Below are positions 49,296-61,774 of a stretch of DNA of 64,000 nucleotides, one piece after another (position 1 is the first letter of the stretch; every line of letters begins with the position of its first letter). The notes under the pieces are model-generated. The model saw only the letters and a program-made list of their open reading frames with translations. It made no database searches and was not told the origin of the DNA. This DNA comes from Mobula birostris (lineage: Eukaryota), in the NCBI RefSeq assembly GCF_030028105.1, contig NC_092390.1, forward strand, positions 13,404,346-13,468,345. Reading direction: 5' to 3'. The position numbers and the translations under genes were made by a program.

Positions 49296-49342
49296 ATAAA
49301 AAGTATAATTTACAATAAATAATCTACTCAGTGTTCTTCATT

Positions 49343-49442
49343 CTTGTCTGTTGCATCTTTATATACACACACGTGTATATAATTTAATTTTATAATTAAA
49401 TTATATACACGTGTGTGTGAATATAAAGATGCAACAGACAAG
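49343..49442. repeat. Near-perfect 100-bp AT-rich palindrome
   Basis: Arm CTTGTCTGTTGCATCTTTATAT(..)ACACACACGTGTATATAATTTAATT, loop TTAT, then its reverse complement with a 2-nt indel. Confidence 0.9.
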
Positions 49443-49619
49443 CATTTTACTTATAAAATTAGATAGGTAGTGCGAAAAGAGGAAACTTAGTGAGGTACTG
49501 TTCGTTATCCATTTAGAAACTTGATGGGGGGGGTCAGGGGATGTTGTTCTTGAAACGTTGTGCAGGCTCCTGCATTGTAATGCATTAGCTGTGATGGATG
49601 GCGAGTAAAACTGGAATAG

Positions 49620-50000
49620 GGGGCCAGTGGGGACACCTCCATACAGTCCTGCCGCCTTCCTCTTCCGACGCCACCTGTTCCTTTGTAGGCACGTAAATCG
49701 AACATACCTCTCAACAATACCTCATGCCTTGCTGTATGAATGGGAAGGAAGGCTGACGGGAACTGTAGTTTTTAACAGCAACACCGCCGGAGGTTTCCTT
49801 TCGCTGACATTAACTGGACTCCAGTTCCCAGAATGCGCCGGGTGGGCTGCGGCATGCCGGATTATTGCGCAGGTGCAGTTGGAGCGTCCCGTCTTTTGTT
49901 ACTTCAACTGGGTTGACGTGAGGTGGCGGCGGGAGTGGACGGGAGGAGCGGCCGCCGTGAAAGAACACGAGAGAGGTTGCCGGAACAACGGTGAGAGCAG
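49620..50000 (+). promoter_or_regulatory. CpG-island promoter and probable non-coding first exon (donor ACG|GTGAGA at 49991) of an unidentified gene
   Basis: CpG-dense non-repeat block. Two ZNF143-type motifs (ACTACAGTTCCCG on minus about 49757-49769; GGACTCCAGTTCCCAGAATGC 49816-49836), TGACGTG about 49914, and a pyrimidine-rich stretch after the donor. Confidence 0.65.
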
Positions 50001-53000
50001 CGTTTCTGAGCGTTGACTGTGGCTTCCCTCCCTCATCATCTGCCCCATCTCCCATCTGATCGTCTTTCTGCCGCCTCTCCCCTTATCCCCTGTCACCTAA
50101 TCTACTCCTCAGTCTTCCCCACTCTCTTGTTTGCTGCATCTTTCTTTTAAGCCTCTCCTTCCACCCCCCCCCCAAGTTGGCCAAGAACCTTCATGAGCAC
50201 TGGAAAGGAAATTGGCAGGTTGGATAGGAGAATTGGGGTCTCACAAATGAGGTTTTTTTTCTGAAGACGTGATCAAGAGGATTGATCAGAGCAGGGTGGT
50301 AGATGATGTCTATCAGCAAGACCTTTACATATTAGGCATTGGTGTGGAAGATTAAGTTACAAGATGGGCGAGGCAAATGAATACAATATGGACTTGGTGG
50401 TTGGAGTCAGAGGGTGCGGCGGGGGCAGTTGTGGTGTCCTGTTGTTGCCTCTGTTGGGCTGATGTAAATTGCCAGCGCTTGGTGGGGATGAACACAGAGA
50501 GGCCTTTGGTGAGAGTGACAGCTGGGCGTGAGATTACACTGTGGGTTCCCTCCTCCACTCTCCATCATCTCTCTGCCTTCACCATCCCTCCCTCAGGGGA
50601 TCTTTTGCAGATTGGAGGCCTGTGATAGTGCTGGGCCCAACATTGTTTCCCATATTTGGATAATGATGTAGATGGCCTGGTTAGTAAATTTGCAAAATTA
50701 GTGCTATAGTGAACTGTCAGAAAGATTATGGCACAATATAGATCATCTGTCAATGTGGATCATGTGTTTGAATTTACCCTGGACAATTACAAATGTTGTA
50801 TTTTATTTTATTTCAAGATACAGCATGGTAACAGGCCCTTCTGGCCCAATGAGTCTGCGCCACCTAATTTCACCCATGTATCCGATTAAACTACAAACCC
50901 TTACTCCTTTCGAATGTGGGGGGAAACTGAAACAGCTGGATGAAAGCCATGTGGTCATGGGGCCAATGTACAGACTCCTTACAGACAGTGGTTTGCACCT
51001 AAATTGTAGGTGGACCGATATCCTAGCAGGAAGGTTTACTAGTACTACAGGTGGCGGGGGGGGGGGGACACAGGGTTAGTTGTGGGGAGGAGTTAAACTA
51101 GAGTTGCGGGGGGGGGAACAGAACAGAACAGATATGTTGTTAAGACCTTAAAGTCAGAAATCAAAAGGTTGTGCAAGATATGACTAATGTCCTGAGTTTT
51201 GTGTATTTCAATGCAATGAGTATTGTAGGAAAGGCAGATGAGCTCAGGGTATGGATCAATACATGGAATTCTGACCTTGTAGCCATTAGTGAAGGGACTA
51301 ATGAAGGGACAGGTCTGGCAGCTCAATATTCCAGGGTTCCGTTGTTTTAGACGCAACAGAGCGGGAAGGATTAAAGGAGGGGGGGCATTACTAGTCAGTG
51401 AAAATACCATGGAAGTGCTCAGTGAGAACAGACTGGAGAACCTGTTTAGTGAGGCTTTATGGGTGAAACTGGAGGATAAAACAAGGTACGACTTTGTTAA
51501 TGGGACTATATTATAGATCACCTAACGGTCCATAGGATTTAGAGGAACAAACTTGTAGTGAGATTGCAGACTGTTGCAAGAAACATGAGGTTGTGATGGT
51601 AGGTGTTTTTAACTTTCCACATATTGACTGGAACTCCAATACTATAAAAGGACTAGATGGGATAGAGTTTGTCAAATGTGTTCATGAAAGTTTCCTTAAT
51701 CAGTATATGGAATTTCCAACAAGAGAGTGTGCGATACTTGGATCTGCTATTCAGGATTGAGACAGGGCAGGTGGCAGAAGTTTGTGTAGGGGAACACTTT
51801 GCATCTACTAATTATAATACCAATAGTTTCAAAGTAAATATGGAAAACAATTGGTCTGGTGTGTGGGTTAAGATTCTAAAAGGCCAATTTTGATAATATC
51901 AGTAAGGATCTGGCAGGTGTGGATTGGGACAGGCTGTTTTCTGCAAAGGTGTATTTGATAAGTGTGAAGCCTTCAAAAATGAAACTTTGAAAGTACAAAG
52001 CTTGTATGTGCCTGTCAGAATAAAAGGAAAGGATAACAGGTTTCAGGAACCTTGGATTTCAAGAGATATTGAGGCCCTGATTAAAGAAGAAAAAGGAAGT
52101 GCATGCAGGTACAGGCAGGTAGGAACAGATGAGATTCTAATGGAGTATAAGAAATGCAAGAGAACACTTACAAAATCAGAAAGGCTGAAAAAAGGCATGA
52201 GGTTGCCCGAACAGACAAGGGGAAGGAGAATTCTTCAGGGATTCTGCAGATATATTAAGAGCAAAAGGATTGTGAAGGACAAAATTGGTCCTCTGGAAGA
52301 TCAGAATGGTAATCTACTTGTGGAGCCAAAATAAATGGATGAGATCTTAATGGATTTTTTGCATCTGTATCTACTCAGAAGATGGAATGGAGTCCATAGA
52401 AATGAGGCAAAGAAGCAGAGAGATCCTGGACCCTATACAGATTACAGACAAGTGTTTACTGTTTTGAGGCAAATTAGGGTGGACTAATCCCAGGGCCTAG
52501 TATGGTGTTCCCTCAGACCCTGTGAGAGGCAAGTGCGCAAATTACAGAGTCCTTAGCAGAGATATTTAAATCATTCTGGGCAGCAAAGAGGTACCGGCCG
52601 ATTAGAGTATAGCTGATGTTACTCCACTGTTTAGGAAAGGCTTTCAGAATGAATCAGGAAATCTGAAATCTGGTGAGCCTGACATCAGTAGTGGGAAAGT
52701 TATTGGAAGGTGATGAGATATTTTGGAAAGACAGGGACTGATTAAGACTAGTCAGCGTGGCTTTGTGAGTGGTAGGGCATGCCTAACGAAAGTTGTCGAG
52801 TTTTTCGAGGAAGTTACCAGGAAATTTGATGAAGGCAAGGCGGTGGATGTTGTCTACATGGACTTTAGCAAAGCAATTGACAAGGTCCAGCATGGGGGGT
52901 TGGTTAACAAGGTTCAGTGGCTTGGTGTTCAAGATGAGGTAGTGACAGAGATTAGACATTGGCTTTGCAGTTGAAGCCAGACAGTGGTAATGGATAGTTG

Positions 53001-53010
53001 CCTCTCTGGA

Positions 53011-55112
53011 ATCAACAAGGGATGCTCAACGGCTGTGGCAGGGTTTGAATGTTATAACCTCCAGCAAAGTTAAATCTTGTGGCATGGGGGACTGCAGGTC
53101 TTTGCTTCCAGATGAGCTCAATGCTGCCTATGCTTGCTTTGACCGCCAGAACATGGAGGAGTCATCGTGAATGCCCACGTCTCCTGATCCTTTGATCTCG
53201 GTATCTGAAACTGACATGTGGATTGTCTTCAGGAGGATGAATCCAAGGAAAGCATCTGGTCCAGACAGGGTACCTGACCATGTACTAAAGACCTGTGCTG
53301 ACCATCTGGCTGGTGTGTTCACTGATATCCTTAACCTCTCAACTGCTTCAAGCAGGCTTCAATTATACTGATGCCCAAGAAGAGTGTGGCGACCTGCCTC
53401 AATGACAGTTACATCCACAGTGATGAAGTGTTTTGAGAGGCTGGTAATGAAACATATCAGCTCCTGCCTGAGAGGCGACTAGGATCCGCTCCAGTTTGCC
53501 TACCGGAGCAACAGGCCCACAGCAGATACCATCTTATTGGCTCTTCACTCAACCCTGGAACAGCTGGACAGTAAGATGCATACATCAGGATGCTCCTTAT
53601 CGATTAAATCTCAACATTTAATACCAACATCCCCTCAAAGCTAATCAGTAAACCTTGGCTTCAACACCTTGTTGCGCGATTGGATTGTGGATGTCTTCAC
53701 TTGTAGATCCCAGTCAGTTCGGATTGGCAAAAACATCTACACGATCTCCATCAGCACAGGTGCACAACAGGGATGTCTGCTTAGCCCCCTTACTCTACTT
53801 GCTCTACACCTATGACTGCGAGGCTAAGCACAGCATTAACACCATGTACAAGTTTGCTGATGACATCACTGTTGCGGGCTGTATCAAAGGTGGTGATGAA
53901 TCCGCATACAGGAGATTGAATATTTGACAGAGAGGTGTTATAACAACAACCTCTCACTCGATGTCAGCAAGACCAAGGAACTGCTTGTAGACTTCAGGAG
54001 AGGAAAACCGGAAGTCCATGAGTCTGTCCTCATTGGAGGATCAGAGGCAGAGAATCTGTCTAACCATTAAGCACGTTTACATGTAACTCTGTCATAGGCA
54101 AGCAGTGTCATCATCAGAGATCCTCAGCACCCAGGCCATGTTCTTTTCTGGCTGCTGCCATCAGGTAGAAGGTACAAGTGCCTCAGGACTCACATCACCA
54201 GGTTCAAGAACAGTTACTACCCCTCAACCATCAGGCTCTTGAACAAAACGGGATAACTGCACTCACTTTCCCCACAACCTGTGATCTCATTTTAAGGACT
54301 TTTATCTTCCCATTTCATGTTCTCGTTATTTTTTGCTATTTATACTTCCATTTCCACAGTTGTTATCTTCTGGTTCATCTTTCATTTATTGTGTTATAGT
54401 CATTGTTCTATAGATTTGCTGAGTATACCCACAGAAAGAAGAATCTCAAGGTTGTATGCGGTGACGTGTATGTACACGTGTGTGCGGCTTAACGTCCATT
54501 TGGACAACGTCCAATCGCATGTACGTCCGTAGTCCCGATCAGAGAATGTGACGTAGCGGACGTAACCAATCAATCTCGTGTATCGCGTGTCTCTTGAGTG
54601 TGGTAGCGTTATCTCGCTGTTTCATTTTCTTTCGAAAATATTACCGTAAAGTGCATCATGGCTTCCAAACGCAGCAAAACCACTCCTAGTGATAGCAGCA
54701 GCAAGAGGCAAAGGAAAAGTATTGATTTGGAAGTGAAACAAAAGGTTATTAAACAATATGAGATGGAAAACCAGTGAATGCTATTGCTCGGGATTTAGGC
54801 ATGTCGCACTCGACAATCACGACGATCCTGAAAAACAAAGAAAAAATTCTCGTAGCTGTTAAAGGATTGACTGCACTGAAAACTACAAGGCTCACAAAAA
54901 TGCGAGAGGGACCTATATCGATATGGAGAAATTGCTAATGACATGAGTTTAGTCAATACAAGTACATTACAGTACTCCACATAGGTTTTCTCAGTATATA
55001 ATATGGTGTTCGCACATCATCCAAATCACATAACATCCGATTTCACAGAACGTATCATGGACATTAAGCGACACATACCTGTACTCTGATAATAAATTTA
55101 CTTTGAACTTTG
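53011..55112 (+). mobile_element. Rex1/Babar LINE nested in CR1
   Basis: [25 protein letters not shown] and YKFADDITVAG motifs; tail ataaatttactttgaactttga. Confidence 0.85.
54475..55081 (+). mobile_element. Internally deleted Tigger/pogo element nested in the Rex1/Babar tail
   Basis: TA-flanked imperfect TIRs. N-terminal HTH MASKRSK...RQRKSIDLEVKQKVIKQYE/GKPVNAIARDLGMSHSTITTILKNKEKI with a frameshift. Confidence 0.82.
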
Positions 55113-57699
55113 AAGGGCTATGACTAGTGCTGCAGGGATCAGAGCTGGCTCCATTGTTGTTTGCTATTTACCTCAACAATCTCAGTGATAATTTGGTTAA
55201 CGTAATCACTAAATTTGTGGATGACACCAAGATTGGGGCTGTAGTGGACAGCGAAGAAGACTATCAAAGCTTGCAGCGGGATCTGGACCAGCTGGAACAA
55301 TGGGCTGAAAATAGCAGATAGAACTTAATGCAGACAAGTTTGAGATGTTGCACTTTGGGAGGACGAACCAGGTATACTTGCATAGTAGGCACTGAGGGGT
55401 ATGGTGGGACAAAAGGATCTGGGAATACAGGACCATAATTCATTGAAAGTGGCGTCACAGGTAGATAGGTTTGTAAAGAAAATTTTTGGCACGTTGGTAT
55501 TCATAGATCAAAGTATTGAGTACAGGAGATGGGATGTTATGTTGACCTTGTATAAGACATTGTTGAGACCTAATTTGGAGTATTGTGTAGATTTTGACAA
55601 TCTACTCAGCTTCTTTTCTGCAGTCCTGCTGAAGTGTTTCAGCCTGAAATGTCAATGATACTCTCTTCCTAGCTGCTGCCTGGCCTGCTGAATTCCTCTG
55701 GCATTTTGTGTGTGTTGCTTGGAGTATTGAGTTCAGTTTTAGCCACCTACCTACAGGAAAGATGTAAATAAGATTGAAAGGTACAGAGAAAATTTACAAG
55801 TGTATAGCTGAGGGGGGAGGACCTGAGCTATAAGGAAAGATTGAATAAATTAGTATATAGAAGATTGAGGGAGATTTGATAGAGCTATAGAACATTGAGG
55901 GGTATAGATAGGGTAAATGCAAGCAGGCTTTTTCCACTAAGGTTGGATGGGACTACCTAGAGATCATGGGTGAGACGTTTAAGGCGAACACGAGGGGAAA
56001 CCTCATCACTCAGAGGGTGGTGAGAGTGTGGAACGAGTTGTCAGCACTATAGTGGTGCATGTAATTATGATTTTAGCATTTAGGAGAAGTTTGGATGGGC
56101 ACATGGATGGGAGGGGTGTGGGCTGGGTGCAGGTCAATGGGACTAGGCAGTTTAAATGGTTCACATGGACAAGAATGGACGAAGGGCCTGTTTCTATGTT
56201 GTAGTTTTCTGTGACTCTTGATTGAGCCCTGGTCTCTGCCACTGTAATAGCATTGCAGTAACTGCTATGCTCGTGCTACCCACACATGATGAGCTAAACC
56301 TGAGCAGGACTTGCGCAGTAAATGCCAGGGCCCAGAAGGGACTGCAGTACAGAGAGACCTAGTATATAAATCCTCATTTTGGCAACAACTTATACATGGG
56401 CACATGGCCTCGTAATCTACTTCGTTATAATCTTGCACTTTATCATTTAGCTGAACTATGCTCTTTCGGTAACTTTTACACTTTATTCTGCCTTGTTTTA
56501 CCTTGTTCTAGCTCGATACACTGTCATGATTTGATATGTATAGACAAGCTTTTCACTATCTTGGTACATGTGACAATAATAAACGAATATTGATACCATA
56601 GGTGGTGAAGACAGCATTGTCTTCAAATGCTTGCCTTCATCTGTCAAAGCACTGAGTACAAGAATTGGGGTATCATGTTAGAATTGGACAAAACTTTGGT
56701 GACCAAATTTGGAGTATTGTGTGAGCTTCTGGTTACTTAGCTATTGAAAGTACGTCATTAGGCTGGAAAAGGTGAAAGGAAGATTCACAAAGATGTTACT
56801 GAGACTGGAGAGCTTGATTGAAAGATGGATTGTTTCCCCTGGTCTGTACTGTTGCTGAGGGGTGCAAGATCTGGTGATTTTTTTTTCAATCCCCAGGTTT
56901 TTTAGGAGTCCAAGAATGAGTGAAAACTTATTTCACAATTATTTATTTTAAAGATTAAACAAAGGACAGATACAGAACATTTGAAGCTAAAGGGAAGGAC
57001 TGAGATGAAGAGAAAAGACAAGTTGCCAATTTTTCAGAATCAGGTTTAATGTCATGAAATTTGTTAACCTAGTGGCAGCAGTACAATGCAATACATGATA
57101 ATATAGAAGTAAATATATAAATCAATTACAGTAAATATATATGTATGTTAAATTAAAAATGGTGCAAAAAACAGAAATAATATTTTTTATAAGTGAGGTG
57201 TCCATGGGTTCAATGTCTATTTAGGAATTGGATGTCAGAGGAGTAAAAGCTGTTCCTGAATCATTGAGTGTGTACCTTCAGGCTTCTGTACCTCCTTCTT
57301 GATGGTAACAATGAAAAGAGGGCATGTCCTGGGTGATGGGGATCCTTAATAAGAGACTGACACTTTTATACTGATATAAGGCAAACTGCTGAAATAAATG
57401 AAGGACCAGATAAAAGGTACAGTCACTGCATGTGCATCATGTGCTAATACTTAGCCAATGAAAAATGAAACGGTGATAAACTGTTATCAGAGTGCTGGCT
57501 GCATAGTTGTATTCATGTGCGCAACGAGGGCAGTAGTGAAAAGGTGGCTGGTCTTCAGAGGCATTGCCCACGGACTGGATCTGCATCTGAATGCTGTAGA
57601 CAATCATGTTGGCTTCTGAGCCAAGCAACATTGATTGCCAAGACCTGGAGGCAAGATCAGATTGTGGCTCATCAATTGTGTCTTCCTGATGCTGAAGTG

Positions 57700-59650
57700 A
57701 AACCACAATTAGCATCATGAGCCCGTGCCAAAGCTGAAGTGGCAAGAATGAGAGCAGTGTTTGCTTAAGTGCGGAGAAAGCTCGTATAGACACGGAGAGC
57801 ATGTATTGAGCTCATTAAGTGCACTCAAGGAAGAGTGAAGCTAAGGCTGCCTCAGTAGAATCAAGCTAATATGAAGCAGCAGCTGACTTAGACAGTGGAG
57901 TGCCTAACTTTGCGTCAGAACAGCCAATGCATCTTATTAAGGAATATGCCCAAACGCTTTCTGTGCTCCCGTACTCCAGCTCTACAAGGAGTCCACATCA
58001 CTCAGCCAGCTTGTCTCTCTCGTTGTCCAGGTGTTGACAGTCAAGGTCAACAGCTACATCCCCTTCCACAGTTGAACCACAGCGCTACTGATGCCAATCC
58101 CATCAGCACAAACATGGACAGACTGCACCTCCCTCCATCCCAGGACACACATTTGGCAAACCATTCTCCACATGCTCTCATTCAGGAACTGTAGGTGCAT
58201 TAGATTTGGCTTGTCGAGACTGAGTCACAGCAGAACTAAAAGTGTTCGACAACCAGTCTGCCAGTTATCTATCCTGGAAGTCAAACCATCACAAAGTTTT
58301 CCAAGCGCTCCCAAAGAATCACAGAAGTTCCAGGAGTTTGCAGATTTGTTGGCGGAACTGCAAGCCACAAAAAAATGAAGGTTACCTACAAGGGCTGAGT
58401 TTCTTGCATACAGCAAAAGGAATAAACCCTGTAGTGGAGAAACTACAAAGCAATATGCAAAAGCAGTGGATAACTGAAGGGTTCAAGACTAAAGCAAAGT
58501 ATCATGCCCCCATTGACCATTTTCATTCTTGTGGAATGCATCTCCCTCCATGCAGAAATACGCAATGCTATTATAATTTGGGATGTCAGAATTCAATCCC
58601 GGCAGCTTCTGTAAGGAGTTTGTATGTCCTCCTGTGGAATGTTTCCTCAGGGTGCTCTGGTTTTCTCCCACAGCCTAAAGATGTACTGGTTAGTGGGCAA
58701 ATTGTCCTGTGATTAGGCTAGGGTTAAATTGGGGGTTTCTGGCAGAGCAAGTCAAAGGACCAGAAGGGCCTCATTCTGTGCTGTATCTCTACATAGATAA
58801 ATAACGTAAAATAACCCTAGTTTTATGCTTTCAACTTCCTGTACATGTCAGCAAAAGCATGGAAAGCGCAAACCCCTAACAAGGATGGCAAAACTGAAGT
58901 AGAACATTTTACTATGAAATCCGATGGACAATGCCCCATCCATAAGAAACTTCACCCCCTAAGAAAATGCAGAGGATTCGGAGGAAAACTGCTTGCAGAC
59001 TAGGGGCATATTCTAAAGGAGCACTCAACATGTTTCAAATGTGGTTCAACGGCACACCGAGCAAAAGACTATAAAGCTATCAATTCAGGGCCAGCACCTG
59101 GGTTACTACCGGTTCCAGCATACCCACTGCAGAGTCTGGTGGGATCCAGCTGATCGTCTGTCAGACGTAGATACTTCCTCACGCACAGCTGTGTACAGGA
59201 AAGACTTCCAAGGCAAATTCTGCTCTAAAATTTGTCTGGCTAACATTTATCTGATAGGACATACTGAGCAAAAAATAAAGGCGTATGTGATATTAGATGA
59301 TCAAGATAATTTGTCATAGGCAAAATCAACACCTTTGATGTATTCAGTATTACAAGTTCCCCATACTCCCTACTAAAGACGTGTTCTGGAACATCAGAAG
59401 TTGCTGGAAGGAGAGCCAGTGGATTTGTCCTGGAGTCAATAGTGGAGGAGGTCTGCTTACTCTTCCAGCCCTCATAGAGGAGTGCAATTCCAACTCCTGA
59501 AGCTGTACACAGTCATTCACATCTCAAGGCCCCAGCTGACAAGATTCCTCCACTTGACTCTTCTGCTGAGGTTCTCCTGATGCTTGGCAGAGACATCATC
59601 TGTGCACATAAGGTAAATGAACATTGCAATAGTTGACATGATGTACCTTA
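57700..59650 (+). mobile_element. BEL/Pao LTR-retrotransposon gag-protease relic, interrupted by a V-SINE (about 58555-58810)
   Basis: CPIHKKLHPLRKC...CFKCGSTAH zinc knuckles, GINPVVEKL, and aspartic protease AYVILDDQ; many stops and frameshifts. Confidence 0.75.
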
Positions 59651-59654
59651 TCGA

Positions 59655-60092
59655 TATCTTCAGGTTCTTTGTCGTTCCGAACTTGTTGAAGTAATTAAAC
59701 TGTTTAATTTACACTCCTAGCCATTTCTGGCAACTTCAAATCTGAATGCTTGAAACTGCAGTGAGCAAAACAGTTCTGAATTATCTTCTTACTTATTTCT
59801 CACTAACTATCCGTGACAAAAATAATGGCTTTTGAACACAAACACACTCAACTGACACTATTTTAACACTGTCTGCTCTAAGCACAGTGTAATGTCTAAC
59901 AGCCACACAAGTGCATGCAACTGATGGTGTTAGAAACTATTTGGCAGCAATTTCCTGTCCCAATTAAGTGGCATAGTGTTTCAAACAAAGGGAATAGTGG
60001 CTATTTTCTTAATTAGCTTTTGTTCTTTAACAGTTCTCCCAAATAAGTGGCTGCCTCGATTAACTGATGACCCAATTAACCAGAATCCACTG
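59655..60092 (-). mobile_element. Tc1/mariner-superfamily MITE, copy 3 (partial)
   Basis: Ends in CCCAATTAACCAGAATCCACTG; internal similarity to copies 1 and 2. Confidence 0.75.
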
Positions 60093-61774
60093 ACATAAAA
60101 TTGTGATACGTTAACAGTCAGAATCTTTTTTCCAGAGCAGAAGTATCAAATACCAGAGAGTGTAGCTTTAAAGTCAGAGGGGAAAAGTTTAGAAGAGATC
60201 TGTGAGGCAAGTTTTTTTCCTACACAAGTTGGAAGATGCCTGGAACATGGTTGAAGCTGATATGATAGCAACATTTGAGAGACCTTTAGGCACATGAACA
60301 GGCAGGGAATAATGGGTGGATATAAACCAGGCAGATGCATTTAGAGTAGGAGATTGTTTTTCTTTCATTATTTCCAGAAAGAATTGATGTTGTGGTCGAA
60401 TACTTGAATAGTCTTTGCTTCTAAGTCAAGGTGTTCACTTTGATTAGTGAATTAGCAAGTTTTGTACTTTCATTATTACTGTCTTCAGCACAAACTTGTT
60501 TATTTCAGTCACATTCTATTTAATTACTTGAATTTAACATGTCTGGATCAGGGTCCAGTAACACAAGCATGGGGATTTATTTCCATGACTGAACCTCCAT
60601 TCTCCATCTGGATTCATTCCTTTTCTTATTTTCGATACAACGATTTACTGTCTCGAGATTAACCAGAAGGGGATGTTTGGAATCTGTTGTAATGCTTTTC
60701 AAGATTAAATGTTGTGCTGCATATTAACAGTAAGCAAGTTTCAATCTCTGCTTCAGAACGCCGAGGATCATCAGGTCATCACTGGAGGAAACCATTCGCA
60801 CTGTTGTGATTGTGCTGATCTTCTGTACACTATACTATTGCACCATTCTTTGCCCATAGTCCTGAAAATTTTCCCCTTCATTTGCTTTTGAAAGTTGCAA
60901 TTGAATCTGCCTTCATTCCCCTTTCAGGCAACACATTAGTTGGATAATTATTGTCACATGTACTGATGTACAGTAAGAAACTTTGTTTTCATGTCATCAT
61001 ACAGATCATTTCATGACACAAGTGTAATGAGGTAGTACACGGGAAAACAATCACAGAGTGCAGAACAAAGTGTTACATGTACAGAGAAAGTGCAGGAAAG
61101 GCAAACAAGGTGCAAGGACATGAGGTAGATTGTGGGGTCGAGTCAATCTTATCATACCAGGAGACAATTCAATAATCTTATAACAGCAGGGTAGCAGCCG
61201 TCCTTGAGCCTGCTGGTAGGTGATTTCAAGCTTTTGTACCTTCTGAACAATGGGAAAGGCGAGGAGAGACTACACAGGGTGGGTGGGGTCTTTGATTATG
61301 TTAGTAGCTTTCCTGAGGCAAGAAGTGCAGAGAAAGCCCGTGGAGGGGAGGTTGGTTTCTGTGCTTTGCTGAGCTATGTCCACCACTACTTGGAGTTTGT
61401 GGGACTGGTGTGTATTCTCCCAATTTCCTCTTCTTGAAATCCATAACCAAATCCTTGGTCTTACTGATGTTGTGCAAGGTTGTTCTTACCACACTGCTGA
61501 ACTATTCGATCATGGATGCCTCCTCGTCACCGTCTGAGAATCTTTCAACACCAATGATGTCATCTATAAACTTATAAATGCCATTTCAGGTGTGCCCAGT
61601 CACACAGTTGTGAGTGTAGAGAGCGTAAAGCAATAAAGCAAAGACATTCTGTGTTTCTTGAGTTAGTACAATGGGATAGCAGTAACAGAAGTTTGATAAT
61701 TTTGAATGGCTCTGTCAAAATTCATCTTAAGCTCCACAGGTCTAAGGAGAATTACAAGTTCTCTTCAGTGAATG

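Larger units (their letters stand above)
50989..56220 (+). mobile_element. Long decayed CR1 LINE (ORF1 tail, APE endonuclease, RT, 3' end) with nested insertions
   Basis: GLHLN (esterase ORF1), KADELRVWINTW (APE), VDVVYMDFSKAIDKV, QGSELAPLLF, KFVDDTK. The sequence breaks at about 53010 and resumes at about 55113. Confidence 0.88.

Noticed and set aside
49627-50096. ORFs across the third CpG island
   Set aside because: Non-ATG or unrecognisable products, as expected in GC-rich DNA.
60378-60735. Possible exon ending ATG TTG TGC TGC ATA TTA ACA|GTAAGC
   Set aside because: The splice-like signals are plausible, but I recognise no protein starting MLCCILT; unsupported without RNA data.
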